From an uncultured archaeon (lineage in GTDB: Archaea > Iainarchaeota > Iainarchaeia > Iainarchaeales > JAAZKV01), in assembly GCA_964551375.1 (NCBI GenBank), contig CAZKBG010000001.1, forward strand, positions 914,136 to 946,135: a stretch of 32,000 bases of DNA, given 5' to 3'. Of the stretch, positions 25,145-32,000 are shown piece after piece (position 1 is the first letter of the stretch; every line of letters begins with the position of its first letter). Below the pieces are notes generated by a model. The model saw only the letters and a list, made by a program, of their open reading frames with translations. It was not told the DNA's origin and did not search any database. The translations under genes were made by a program, and so were the position numbers.

Positions 25145-25576
25145 ATGGACGAAGAAAAGAAAGTAAAGCCGGCAGCAAAGAAAGCAGGAATGATTGTTAA
25201 AGCAAAAAAGAAAACTGCTATCGCAAGAGCTGTAATCCGAAAAGGAACAGGCGTAGTAAAAGTAAATTCAATGAATTTGACAGCATACGCAAAAGGGTAC
25301 ATCGGCGCGCTTGTAAGCGAACCAGTAAGACTTGCAGGAGACGCTGCAAAAGAATTTGATATTGACGTTACAGTAAAAGGCTCAGGATTTATGAGCCAGG
25401 CTGTAGCAGTACGATCATGCATTGCAAAAGCTTTAGTAAAAGCAAAAGGCAAGAAGCTAAAAGACACTTTCACAGCATACGACAGATCACTGCTTGTCGA
25501 TGATGTTAGAAGAGTTGAAACAAAGAAGCCGCTTGGAAGAAAAGCGAGAAAGAAAAAGCAGAAAAGCAAGAGATGA
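25145..25576 (+). CDS. rps9: 30S ribosomal protein uS9
   Basis: ..AKKKTAIARAVIRKGTGVVKVNS.., ..LLVDDVRRVETKKPLGRKARKKKQKSKR is the canonical S9 C-terminus. Confidence 0.94.
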   Translation: MDEEKKVKPAAKKAGMIVKAKKKTAIARAVIRKGTGVVKVNSMNLTAYAKGYIGALVSEPVRLAGDAAKEFDIDVTVKGSGFMSQAVAVRSCIAKALVKAKGKKLKDTFTAYDRSLLVDDVRRVETKKPLGRKARKKKQKSKR

Positions 25577-25586
25577 TTGGTTTCAT

Positions 25587-25618
25587 CTTTTGCAAAACAT
25601 TTTTTTGTTTTGCAAGAG
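25587..25618 (+). terminator. 12-bp hairpin with a T7 loop between uS9 and rpoN
   Basis: CTTTTGCAAAAC-ATTTTTTT-GTTTTGCAAGAG (one G-U pair). It lies 11 nt after the uS9 stop and 30 nt before the rpoN ATG. Confidence 0.4.
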
Positions 25619-25647
25619 TTGTTTAAATTTATGGAAATGGTGAGGAT

Positions 25648-25842
25648 ATGATTGTTCCAGTAAGATGTTTTTCCTGCGGAAAACCGATAGGCGGAGCGTA
25701 CACCGAGTTTAAAGAAAGGGTGGAAAAAGGCGAAGACGCTGGAAAAGTCCTTGACGACCTTGGCATAAAAAGATACTGCTGCAGAAAAGTGCTGTTAACG
25801 CACGCAGAGTTAGTAGACGATGTAATGAAATACACAAAGTAA
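25648..25842 (+). CDS. rpoN: DNA-directed RNA polymerase subunit N (Rpo10)
   Basis: [31 protein letters not shown].. is the Rpo10/RPB10 zinc motif (CxxC..CC). 64 aa. Confidence 0.93.
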   Translation: MIVPVRCFSCGKPIGGAYTEFKERVEKGEDAGKVLDDLGIKRYCCRKVLLTHAELVDDVMKYTK

Positions 25843-25910
25843 GGAAATGTAAGAAAAGGGAATGTAAAAAATAAAGAGAATTATTTTTAGTAGCTTGAAA
25901 GAGTGGTAAT

Positions 25911-26636
25911 ATGGAAGAAAAAGTTGTGGAAAAAGAAACAAAACAAGAAATCGATGATAGCGAACTATACAAAGGAAAAGACCTTTTGATAGACATAGAA
26001 ACGTACCTCAAAAGCGGAGTACACATCGGAACAAAAATGAAGACCGGCGAAATGAGAAGATACATCTTTAAGAAAAGAAATGACGGGTTAATGGTTTTTA
26101 ACATCGAAACAATCGACAAGAGAATCAGAATGATAGCAAAACTTCTTGCAAAATTCCAAGGCAAAGACGTAGCAATACTGGCAAGAAGACTATACGGACA
26201 CAAGCCTGCAAGAAAAATGGCTATGATGCTTGGAGCAAGAGAATTTACAGGAAGATTCATTCCTGGGACATTCACAAACCCACAGGCAAGAGTATTTTTC
26301 GAGCCAAAAGTTGTATTTGTAACAGACCCAATTGCTGACTCACAGGCGCTAAAAGAAGCGACAGAAATAGGAATACCTGTAATAGCAATCGCAGGAAGCG
26401 ACTCTCCTTTGAAAAATATTGACTTGGTAGTGCCTGCAAACAATAAAGGAAGAAAATCACTTGCTTTACTATACTACTTAATCACAAGAGAAACACTTGT
26501 TGAAAGAAAGGAAATAGCAAGAGACGCATTCAAATCCGAAGTTAACGAATTTGAACAGGAAATAGACGAAGCACAAGAGGAAAAGACAAGAAAGGTTCCT
26601 CAAAACAGATTTAGAAGAGGAAGAAGAAGGATGTAA
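25911..26636 (+). CDS. rps2: 30S ribosomal protein uS2
   Basis: ..LLIDIETYLKSGVHIGTKMKTGEMRRYIFKKRNDGLMVFNIETIDKRIRMIAKLL.., ..VFVTDPIADSQALKEATEIGIPVIAIAGSDSP... Confidence 0.94.
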   Translation: MEEKVVEKETKQEIDDSELYKGKDLLIDIETYLKSGVHIGTKMKTGEMRRYIFKKRNDGLMVFNIETIDKRIRMIAKLLAKFQGKDVAILARRLYGHKPARKMAMMLGAREFTGRFIPGTFTNPQARVFFEPKVVFVTDPIADSQALKEATEIGIPVIAIAGSDSPLKNIDLVVPANNKGRKSLALLYYLITRETLVERKEIARDAFKSEVNEFEQEIDEAQEEKTRKVPQNRFRRGRRRM

Positions 26637-26747
26637 ATCCTTTTTCTTGACTATTTTTAAGGCACTATTCTTAATTAAGCGCCTAAATAACGTTTTTTAA
26701 GCAGGAAATATGCCCTATAATTCCACTAATTCACGTTTTAAAGTAAA

Positions 26748-26755
26748 TTTATATA
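26748..26755 (+). promoter_or_regulatory. Candidate TATA box for the TrmB-family regulator gene
   Basis: TTTATATA lies about 50 nt upstream of ATG 26806. It falls inside the implausible N-terminal extension of the tracked ORF. Confidence 0.35.
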
Positions 26756-26805
26756 CTTGTTTGAGCCAATATATTATATCAAGAACTAGTACGACGTGGT
26801 TGGGA

Positions 26806-27546
26806 ATGAATAACAATGAAGCATATGCATTACTTGAGAAGCTTGGCCTAACTGAATACGAAGCAAAAACGCTGAACACTTTATTTTCACTAAGAGAAGC
26901 GGAAGCTCCGCAAATTTCAAGAACCGCGCAGGTTCCAAAAACAAGAGTGTATGATGTGCTTGAAAAATTAATAGAAAAAAATCTGATTATTGAAATAAAG
27001 GGAAGGCCAAAACTTTACCGCGCAGTTGAAGCCCAGAAAGCAATTGACATTTTAATTATCACAAAAAAAAATCAGCTTAATCAACTTGAAAAAGAAGCAA
27101 TTGAAGTAAAAGAAAATATGCTTGCAGTTGAGGGAAAAGAAGAAAGCGGAGAAAAAGTAATGAAAGTAAAGGACAAACAGGACTTTGAAAAAATTTTAGG
27201 ACAGGAACTTTTGAAAGCAAATAAATCCATACAAGGGTTAACTGAAATACAGGATGAACATGAAATACTTCATGACGCTCTTAAAAGAGCAAAACAGAGA
27301 AATATCTCAATAAAACTTCTAAACTCATTCCAGTCAAAGAAATTAAAAGAAGTTGCTGATGTTCGCCACCACAACCACGGACTTAACGCATTTATTATCG
27401 ACGGCAAAAAAGTAGTTCTTGCAATATCTGATTTTAAAAAACAAAAATCTGATTACCACTTTACAATCTTAAACGACCATGCTCCAATGGCAAGCGCGTT
27501 CATCCATTATTTTGACAAGCACTGGAAAGACGCTAAAAACTACTAA
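26806..27546 (+). CDS. TrmB-family transcriptional regulator (N-terminal winged HTH plus C-terminal TrmB/PLD-like domain)
   Basis: MNNNEAYALLEKLGLTEYEAKTLNTLFSLREAEAPQISRTAQVPKTRVYDVLEKLIEKNLIIEIKGRPKLYRAVE is the characteristic TrmB N-terminal wHTH. A coiled-coil linker follows. ATG 26806 is preferred to the tracked 26710, whose N-terminus (MPYNSTNSRFKVNLYTC..) looks non-coding. Confidence 0.8.
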   Translation: MNNNEAYALLEKLGLTEYEAKTLNTLFSLREAEAPQISRTAQVPKTRVYDVLEKLIEKNLIIEIKGRPKLYRAVEAQKAIDILIITKKNQLNQLEKEAIEVKENMLAVEGKEESGEKVMKVKDKQDFEKILGQELLKANKSIQGLTEIQDEHEILHDALKRAKQRNISIKLLNSFQSKKLKEVADVRHHNHGLNAFIIDGKKVVLAISDFKKQKSDYHFTILNDHAPMASAFIHYFDKHWKDAKNY

Positions 27547-27633
27547 AAACCAAAAAACTAAAAACTTAGTTATTTTTGGAGACTTTCAATTTAAGGCAAA
27601 CTCCTAAAAACCATTTCTATCTAACTTATACTT

Positions 27634-29301
27634 ATGGATGAAGTAAAGCAGACTGCTTACAAGTACGCTATCAAGAATGCATTTGAGCATGGCGGCAAAT
27701 CACAGGCTGGCGCGGTTGTTGGAAAAGTAAAAGCTTTATTTCCTGATGCAGATTTAAAAAAATTAATGCCTCTAATAAACGAAACAGTTGCGGGCGTGAA
27801 TAAGCTTCACAAAGATATGCTGAATAGCGAATACTCAAAATTCACTGCCGAAGGGTGGGAACTAAAAAGAGTGGAAAAAGAAAAAACTCTTCCAGAACTT
27901 GACTGGGTAACGCCAAGCACAAAAATTATTACACGAGTTGCTCCAAATCCAAGCGGAGTAATGCACTTTGGACACGCAAGACCAGCAGTGCTTACTGATG
28001 AATACATAAAAAAATACGGCGGAAAATTCATATTGCGATTTGATGACACTGATCCTAAAACAAAAATCCCAATTGCAGGCGTTGAAAAAGATTTCAAAAA
28101 AGACTTTGAATGGCTCGGGATAAAATTTGACGAAACAGCGAACGCAAGCGACAGACTTGAAAGATATTATGAGATAATTGAAAAACTAATAAATGACAAA
28201 ATGGCTTACGTGTGCGAATGTGAAAGCGAAGAATGGAGAAAATTAATCTGGGCATCAAAAGCATGCAAATGCAGAGGAAAAAAACCGGAAGTTCATTTAG
28301 AAAAATGGCGCAAAATGCTTGCGCATGAAATAAAAGAAGAGCAGGCGGTTGTGCGAATTAAAACAAATTTAAAAGACCCTGACCCTTCAACAAGAGACTG
28401 GTGGGCTGCAAAAGTAGTTGATGAAATAAACCACCCAAATCCAAACGCTCAGGATAAACATGTTTGGCCATCATATAACCTTGCAAGCGCAGTGGATGAC
28501 CACGACATGGGAGTAAATTTAATCATCCGCGGACAGGAGCACATGACAAATGAAGAAAAACAAAAAGAACTTTATGAACACTTCGGCTGGACTTACCCTC
28601 ACTGCTACTATCACGGAAAAATATCAAAACTCGGGGACATGACATTATCAAAAAGCAAAATCAAAGCAATAATGGAAGAGCTTGGCGTTGAAAGATACGA
28701 CGATCCAAGAATGGCGACAATAAAAGCATTTAGAAGAAGAGGATTTACACCAGCTGCTATACGAAAAGTAATACTTGACTGCGGACTGAGTCTAAAAGAA
28801 GTAAAAATTTCGCTTGACATGTTTGCAGCCGCAAACAAAGCGGTTCTTGGCGAATCAAAAGAATATCCATTCTTTGAAGAAGCAGCGCAGATTGAAATTT
28901 ATAATATGGCTCCAGGAAACGGAGAATCATACGGAACAGAAATTGAATTTAAAATCGGAATTGAAAAATTCTTTGTCGATAAAAAAGAACTTTCAAAATA
29001 TAAAAACAAAAAAGGCGCAATGATACGATTCAAAAAAGCATTTAACGCAAAACTTGAAGAAGCTGATGAATTCAACGGACGCGCTGTATTTGTTTCATAT
29101 TCAAAAGCAGAATATCCAATAATTTCCTGGGTTAAAGAATTAATTGATGTTGAAGTGCTGATGAGCGACGGCACAATAAAAAGAGGATTCTCCTCTCCAA
29201 GCATAATTTCTTCAAAAGGAATAATTCATCTTGAAGGACTAGGGCATGCAAATATAGAAGAAATAAAAGGAAATCTTGTCAAATGCATTTTTTCTTACTA
29301 A
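27634..29301 (+). CDS. gltX: Glutamyl-tRNA synthetase, archaeal type (class I Glx-RS)
   Basis: ..RVAPNPSGVMHFGHARPAVL.. (HIGH-type motif), ..ILRFDDTDP.., ..WPSYNLASAVDDHDMGVNLIIRGQEH.., ..MTLSKSK.. (KMSKS-type motif). 555 aa. Confidence 0.9.
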   Translation: MDEVKQTAYKYAIKNAFEHGGKSQAGAVVGKVKALFPDADLKKLMPLINETVAGVNKLHKDMLNSEYSKFTAEGWELKRVEKEKTLPELDWVTPSTKIITRVAPNPSGVMHFGHARPAVLTDEYIKKYGGKFILRFDDTDPKTKIPIAGVEKDFKKDFEWLGIKFDETANASDRLERYYEIIEKLINDKMAYVCECESEEWRKLIWASKACKCRGKKPEVHLEKWRKMLAHEIKEEQAVVRIKTNLKDPDPSTRDWWAAKVVDEINHPNPNAQDKHVWPSYNLASAVDDHDMGVNLIIRGQEHMTNEEKQKELYEHFGWTYPHCYYHGKISKLGDMTLSKSKIKAIMEELGVERYDDPRMATIKAFRRRGFTPAAIRKVILDCGLSLKEVKISLDMFAAANKAVLGESKEYPFFEEAAQIEIYNMAPGNGESYGTEIEFKIGIEKFFVDKKELSKYKNKKGAMIRFKKAFNAKLEEADEFNGRAVFVSYSKAEYPIISWVKELIDVEVLMSDGTIKRGFSSPSIISSKGIIHLEGLGHANIEEIKGNLVKCIFSY

Positions 29302-29305
29302 TAAA

Positions 29306-29340
29306 AAACTTCATTTTTTGGAAGTTTCTACTTTTTTTGT
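29306..29340 (+). terminator. Hairpin plus T7 run after gltX
   Basis: AAACTTC-ATTTTTTG-GAAGTTT (7 bp) at 29306-29327, then CTACTTTTTTTG with a T7 run at 29333-29339. It starts 5 nt after the gltX stop. Confidence 0.45.
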
Positions 29341-29428
29341 ATGATTTTGGCTTATTTAATTGATGAAAGTTACAGCCACGCATCAAAAAAGCTTTTATAC
29401 TAGGTCCCATATAACTAAAGCAGATAAT

Positions 29429-29821
29429 ATGCCTAACCTTGATGAAAACCAAATCTCGCGCGCAGCGCAGAGAAAGCTAAAAGCGCGAAAATGGAGCGCT
29501 TCTGGCGGTCAAGCCCCAAGCATTGCGGGCGGAAGCGAGCTTCCTGCAAAAGGACTTGCTTATGAAAAAGACCTTTTAAGCAATATTACTTCATTTAGAC
29601 TGACTCCTGCAGTAACAAAGACGCTGAAATTCAGAGCAGTTACTTTACTTACAACACTTGGAATAACTTGGGTAGTTACAGGAAGCCCAATTGCAAGTTT
29701 AAGCGTAACAGCAATTCAGCAGAGCACAAACACGATGGTTTATTACTTCTTTGAGCAGAATGAGAAAAGCAAAAGAGAAAGTAAAAGCGCAAAGCAAAAA
29801 GATTTTAGCGCAAGTTCATAA
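29429..29821 (+). CDS. DUF2061-like small membrane protein
   Basis: ..TKTLKFRAVTLLTTLGITWVVTGSPIASLSVTAIQQSTNTMVYYFFEQ.. resembles the DUF2061 two-helix pattern (..TWR..t....l..tG......i.....k...YY.hEr) as I recall it. ATG 29429 lies about 30 nt after CTTTTATACT (29392-29401). The tracked start 29360 is possible but less likely. Confidence 0.5.
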   Translation: MPNLDENQISRAAQRKLKARKWSASGGQAPSIAGGSELPAKGLAYEKDLLSNITSFRLTPAVTKTLKFRAVTLLTTLGITWVVTGSPIASLSVTAIQQSTNTMVYYFFEQNEKSKRESKSAKQKDFSASS

Positions 29822-29857
29822 ACTAATTTTGCTAATTAGAAAAGCTCATTAATACAA

Positions 29858-30406
29858 ATGGCGCTAAATATTTGTATGCGAACAATATCTCGGTCCAGAG
29901 CGAAAAAGAAAAAAGGATTTTTGACTGCGGTGGGCTTGACTAAAAATAAAAGAGTTGAAAAAGTTGACAATGTCCGCCCGATATTAAAATATGAAAGAGA
30001 TTTAGTTCATACAAATCGAAGAGGATTAGTCCAAAAAGCTGAAATGACGCTCCGCGGAGATAAATATCCTTACGGCAGAGTTCAAATTATTACTGCGCGC
30101 GGAAAAGAAGCCGCACGAGTAGGGCTTATTGAAAAAAAAGTTCCAAAACTCGGGAAGATTTACGAAATATGGGGAATTGATACGCAAAGAGGCTGGAAAA
30201 AAGAAGGATTCGGAGTTCAATTAATGTCAGAAGCCATACATATTGCAAAACAAAAAAAAGCAAAAGCAGTGGAGCTTGACACTACGCTTCAAAATGTTTC
30301 AGCAATGAATTTATACTCAAGAATGGGGTTTTTTGAAGTTAAAAGACGCGTGTTTGAAGCCCGCGGAAAAAAATACACAGGCGTAAAGATGAGACTTTTG
30401 CTTTAA
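29858..30406 (+). CDS. GNAT-family N-acetyltransferase with basic N-terminal region
   Basis: ..IWGIDTQRGWKKEGFGVQLMSEAIHIAKQKKAKAVELDTTLQNVSAMNLYSRMGFFEV.. fits GNAT motif A (Q/R-x-x-G-x-G/A) plus motif B (..A..LY...GF). The substrate is unknown. Confidence 0.6.
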   Translation: MALNICMRTISRSRAKKKKGFLTAVGLTKNKRVEKVDNVRPILKYERDLVHTNRRGLVQKAEMTLRGDKYPYGRVQIITARGKEAARVGLIEKKVPKLGKIYEIWGIDTQRGWKKEGFGVQLMSEAIHIAKQKKAKAVELDTTLQNVSAMNLYSRMGFFEVKRRVFEARGKKYTGVKMRLLL

Positions 30407-30432
30407 CAAACTTGGCAAACAAATTAGCCGGA

Positions 30433-31839
30433 TTATTTTCCAAGAATCAATTGCCTTAGCTGTTTATTCTGTCCGACTTTTATTAATGCCGTTGCAGTCA
30501 TTGCGCCTACTTCAAGTTCAGTAATTCCAAGCTCTCTTGCAATCTGCTCGTTAGAAACATCCCCAAAAAAACCAAATCTCATCTTTACCAATGTTTGTTC
30601 TCGTGGAGTGAGCTCGGCGCTAAGTGCGTGATTTAGAACTGATTCTCTTTCATGACTCAAAAACTTTGAAGCAGGAGTCTCATGAGTTGCAGAAATAACT
30701 CTTGAGAATTCATTTCCTCCTGCATCTTTTTCTGACTCAAAAGCAAGCTGATTAGGCCAGTCAGGAACACCAGCTTTCGGGGGCTTTGGAGCCTTAGCTT
30801 CTTTTTGCAATCTTACTCTAATAGGCTCGGCTTTTGGATAACCAAATTTAGTTACGACATGCTCCCAAAGACCTTTAAGAAAAGCGCGCCGATATTTTGG
30901 ATCTTTATGAAGCTCTTTCATAGCAAGGCTTGAATTTGCTTCAATCCTTGCTCTAAAATCAGGATTAGCATTCTGCTTAACGATATTTGCGCGCAACTGT
31001 TTTGAAAGCTCGTTAATTTCTCGAATAGTTTGCCTGCGCTTTTCTTTAGAAACAGTTCCCTGCTCGCCAAGCTGTCTTAAGAGTTCAAGTTTTTTAGTAA
31101 TATTTAAGGTAATTCCAAAAGTCGGGCTGAAAGCCTTAATTACTTCATCAATAGAATACTTTGGAAAATATTTCTTTTGAACTGTTGAAAATATTTCCGC
31201 CCTGCTTTTTCCCTGGCTTGCAAGATTCACCGCTGTAATTAACGCCCTTGGATTTGAATATGCTCCCTTGACACGCTTTAGCTTTGTTTTTGAAAAAAGT
31301 TTTAACTGCCCGAGGTGTCTTTTTAATGCAAAATTGGGGTCGGCATTTCTTGCCCTTAAAAGTTCGCCGTCAAGCTTTCTTTTTTTTCTCATTTTAGGAG
31401 TATCCCCAAATTCTTTCCAAAAAGTTTGAGTTCCTTCATTAAGTCTTCTTTTATAATCAGGATCTTTGTGTTTTTCCTTTAATGCAGCGCTTACCTTAGC
31501 TCTTCTTTGTGCATCAAGAGTGGGATTGGTTCTTCTTTTGTCAACATTGGCTCGCATACTTGCTTGGTGGAGTATAATGCTTCTCATTGCTTCTTTTTTA
31601 GTTTTAGGAACAAGCTCGCCGTCAATTCCATACCTTACTACTTCATCAACAATTCTTTTTGAGTGCCCGCCTTTTGGAGAAAACGCGGCGCTTACTTCTT
31701 CAACAGTATATTTAGGAAAATGTCTTTTTTGAAGGCGAGCAATAATCTCTTCTCTTGGCGCCTTTTTTCTTGCCATGTTAAGGGCAGTAACCATAGCCCT
31801 TGGATTTGAATAAGCTCCCTTAACCCTTCGTAAAGCCAT
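30433..31839 (-). CDS. Uncharacterised protein: two tandem ~150-aa modules plus a C-terminal sigma-70 region-4-like HTH
   Basis: 468-aa ORF, the only long minus-strand ORF not antisense to a conserved gene. Modules at aa 4-150 and 188-337 share RVKGAYSNPRA..FPKY..EV..AFSP..RAN..NP..HKDP.Y+R. The C-terminus LTPREQTLVKMRFGFFGDVSNEQIARELGITELEVGAMTATALIKV resembles RpoD region 4.2. Confidence 0.7.
   Translation of the reverse strand: MALRRVKGAYSNPRAMVTALNMARKKAPREEIIARLQKRHFPKYTVEEVSAAFSPKGGHSKRIVDEVVRYGIDGELVPKTKKEAMRSIILHQASMRANVDKRRTNPTLDAQRRAKVSAALKEKHKDPDYKRRLNEGTQTFWKEFGDTPKMRKKRKLDGELLRARNADPNFALKRHLGQLKLFSKTKLKRVKGAYSNPRALITAVNLASQGKSRAEIFSTVQKKYFPKYSIDEVIKAFSPTFGITLNITKKLELLRQLGEQGTVSKEKRRQTIREINELSKQLRANIVKQNANPDFRARIEANSSLAMKELHKDPKYRRAFLKGLWEHVVTKFGYPKAEPIRVRLQKEAKAPKPPKAGVPDWPNQLAFESEKDAGGNEFSRVISATHETPASKFLSHERESVLNHALSAELTPREQTLVKMRFGFFGDVSNEQIARELGITELEVGAMTATALIKVGQNKQLRQLILGK
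31244..31272 (-). repeat. Copy 2 of a conserved 29-nt segment marking the internal duplication of the 468-aa gene
   Basis: GCCCTTGGATTTGAATATGCTCCCTTGAC (+ strand) versus GCCCTTGGATTTGAATAAGCTCCCTTAAC at 31796-31824: 27/29 identical, 552 nt (184 codons) apart. It encodes (V)KGAYSNPRA. Confidence 0.85.
31796..31824 (-). repeat. Copy 1 of the conserved 29-nt segment (see 31244-31272)
   Basis: Same as the partner feature. It encodes aa ~6-15 (VKGAYSNPRA) of the 468-aa protein. Confidence 0.85.
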
Positions 31840-32000
31840 ACAATATTTTGTGTTTCGAGGAAGTTATTAAGCTAATTGGAGCGGGGAAGCATTATTTTGG
31901 CTCGAGGCAAAAGCAGCTTTTTAAAGGTTTTGAAAGAGAAAATAATTAGTTTTTAGGCTTATTTTGCCTATGAAGCTGACGCTATAGATATGGGCGGTTG

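Noticed and set aside
25709-26443. 244-aa minus-strand ORF
   Set aside because: It is antisense to rpoN and uS2, which have clear conserved motifs. It has no SD or recognisable motif. This is the typical shadow ORF of a purine-rich coding strand.
26710-26805. N-terminal 32-aa extension of the TrmB-family ORF (MPYNSTNSRFKVNLYTCLSQYIISRTSTTWLG)
   Set aside because: It contains a TTTATATA box and has a non-protein-like composition. The canonical TrmB wHTH begins right at Met 26806, so the extension is treated as 5' UTR/promoter.
28814-29023. 69-aa alternative-frame ORF inside gltX
   Set aside because: It lies inside the GluRS frame. It is Lys/Gln-rich low complexity from the AT-rich sequence.
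30835-31830. NUMOD3-like or homing-endonuclease DNA-binding repeats in the duplicated modules (NP..x..HKDP.Y motifs)
   Set aside because: The resemblance to NUMOD-type motifs is only compositional. The characteristic G-x-x-H-S/T-E-E-T-K pattern is absent, and no nuclease motif (GIY-YIG, HNH or LAGLIDADG) is visible.
30433-31839. Calling the 468-aa protein a bona fide sigma factor
   Set aside because: Only a region-4-like HTH is recognisable. There is no region 2 (-10 recognition/core-binding) or region 3 signature. The genomic context is archaeal and the key DNA-contact residues of region 4.2 are substituted.
31970-32000. Possible gene start at the window's 3' edge (ATG 31970 or ATG 31989)
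   Set aside because: ATG 31970 hits a stop after 5 codons. ATG 31989 leaves only 12 nt before the window ends. Neither can be supported.

Overview
AT-rich archaeal window. It encodes archaea/eukaryote-type proteins eS4, eL32, eL19, eL34, eL14, eL18, aSUI1, RNase P Rpp29, Rpo3 and Rpo10. I infer a small-genome, DPANN-like archaeon. The genetic code is standard: TAA, TAG and TGA all terminate the conserved genes. About two thirds of the window (5890-26636, + strand) is one co-directional ribosomal super-cluster: uL3-uL4-uL23-uL2-uS19-uL22-uS3-uL29-SUI1-Rpp29-uS17-uL14-uL24-eS4-uL5-uS14-uS8-uL6-eL32-eL19-uL18-uS5-uL30-uL15-SecY-DUF106 insertase-eL34-eL14-uS13-uS4-uS11-Rpo3-tRNA-Leu(UAA)-eL18-uL13-uS9-Rpo10-uS2. 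Most genes have a GGTGA-type Shine-Dalgarno 4-5 nt before the start, which I used to move several ORF-track starts downstream. Upstream lie a 5'-truncated CDA-fold guanine deaminase, archease, RtcB RNA ligase, a polytopic membrane protein and a 646-aa sequon-rich surface protein. Downstream lie a TrmB-family regulator, GluRS, a DUF2061-like membrane protein, a GNAT acetyltransferase and, on the minus strand, an orphan 468-aa protein. I see no CRISPR array, transposase, integrase or recognisable defence or toxin system. The most unusual items are: (1) the 468-aa protein, with a tandem ~150-aa duplication and a C-terminal HTH resembling bacterial sigma-70 region 4; (2) Lys/Glu/Ala-rich tails on uL4, uL23, uS3, eL32 and uS4, including a HEHKEAKKEVK repeat whose copies differ only at synonymous sites; (3) the Cys-punctuated, glycosylation-sequon-rich surface protein; (4) absence of adk, cmk, rpoK and eno from their usual places in the cluster. 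All homology calls come from reading the translations and were not checked against any database.
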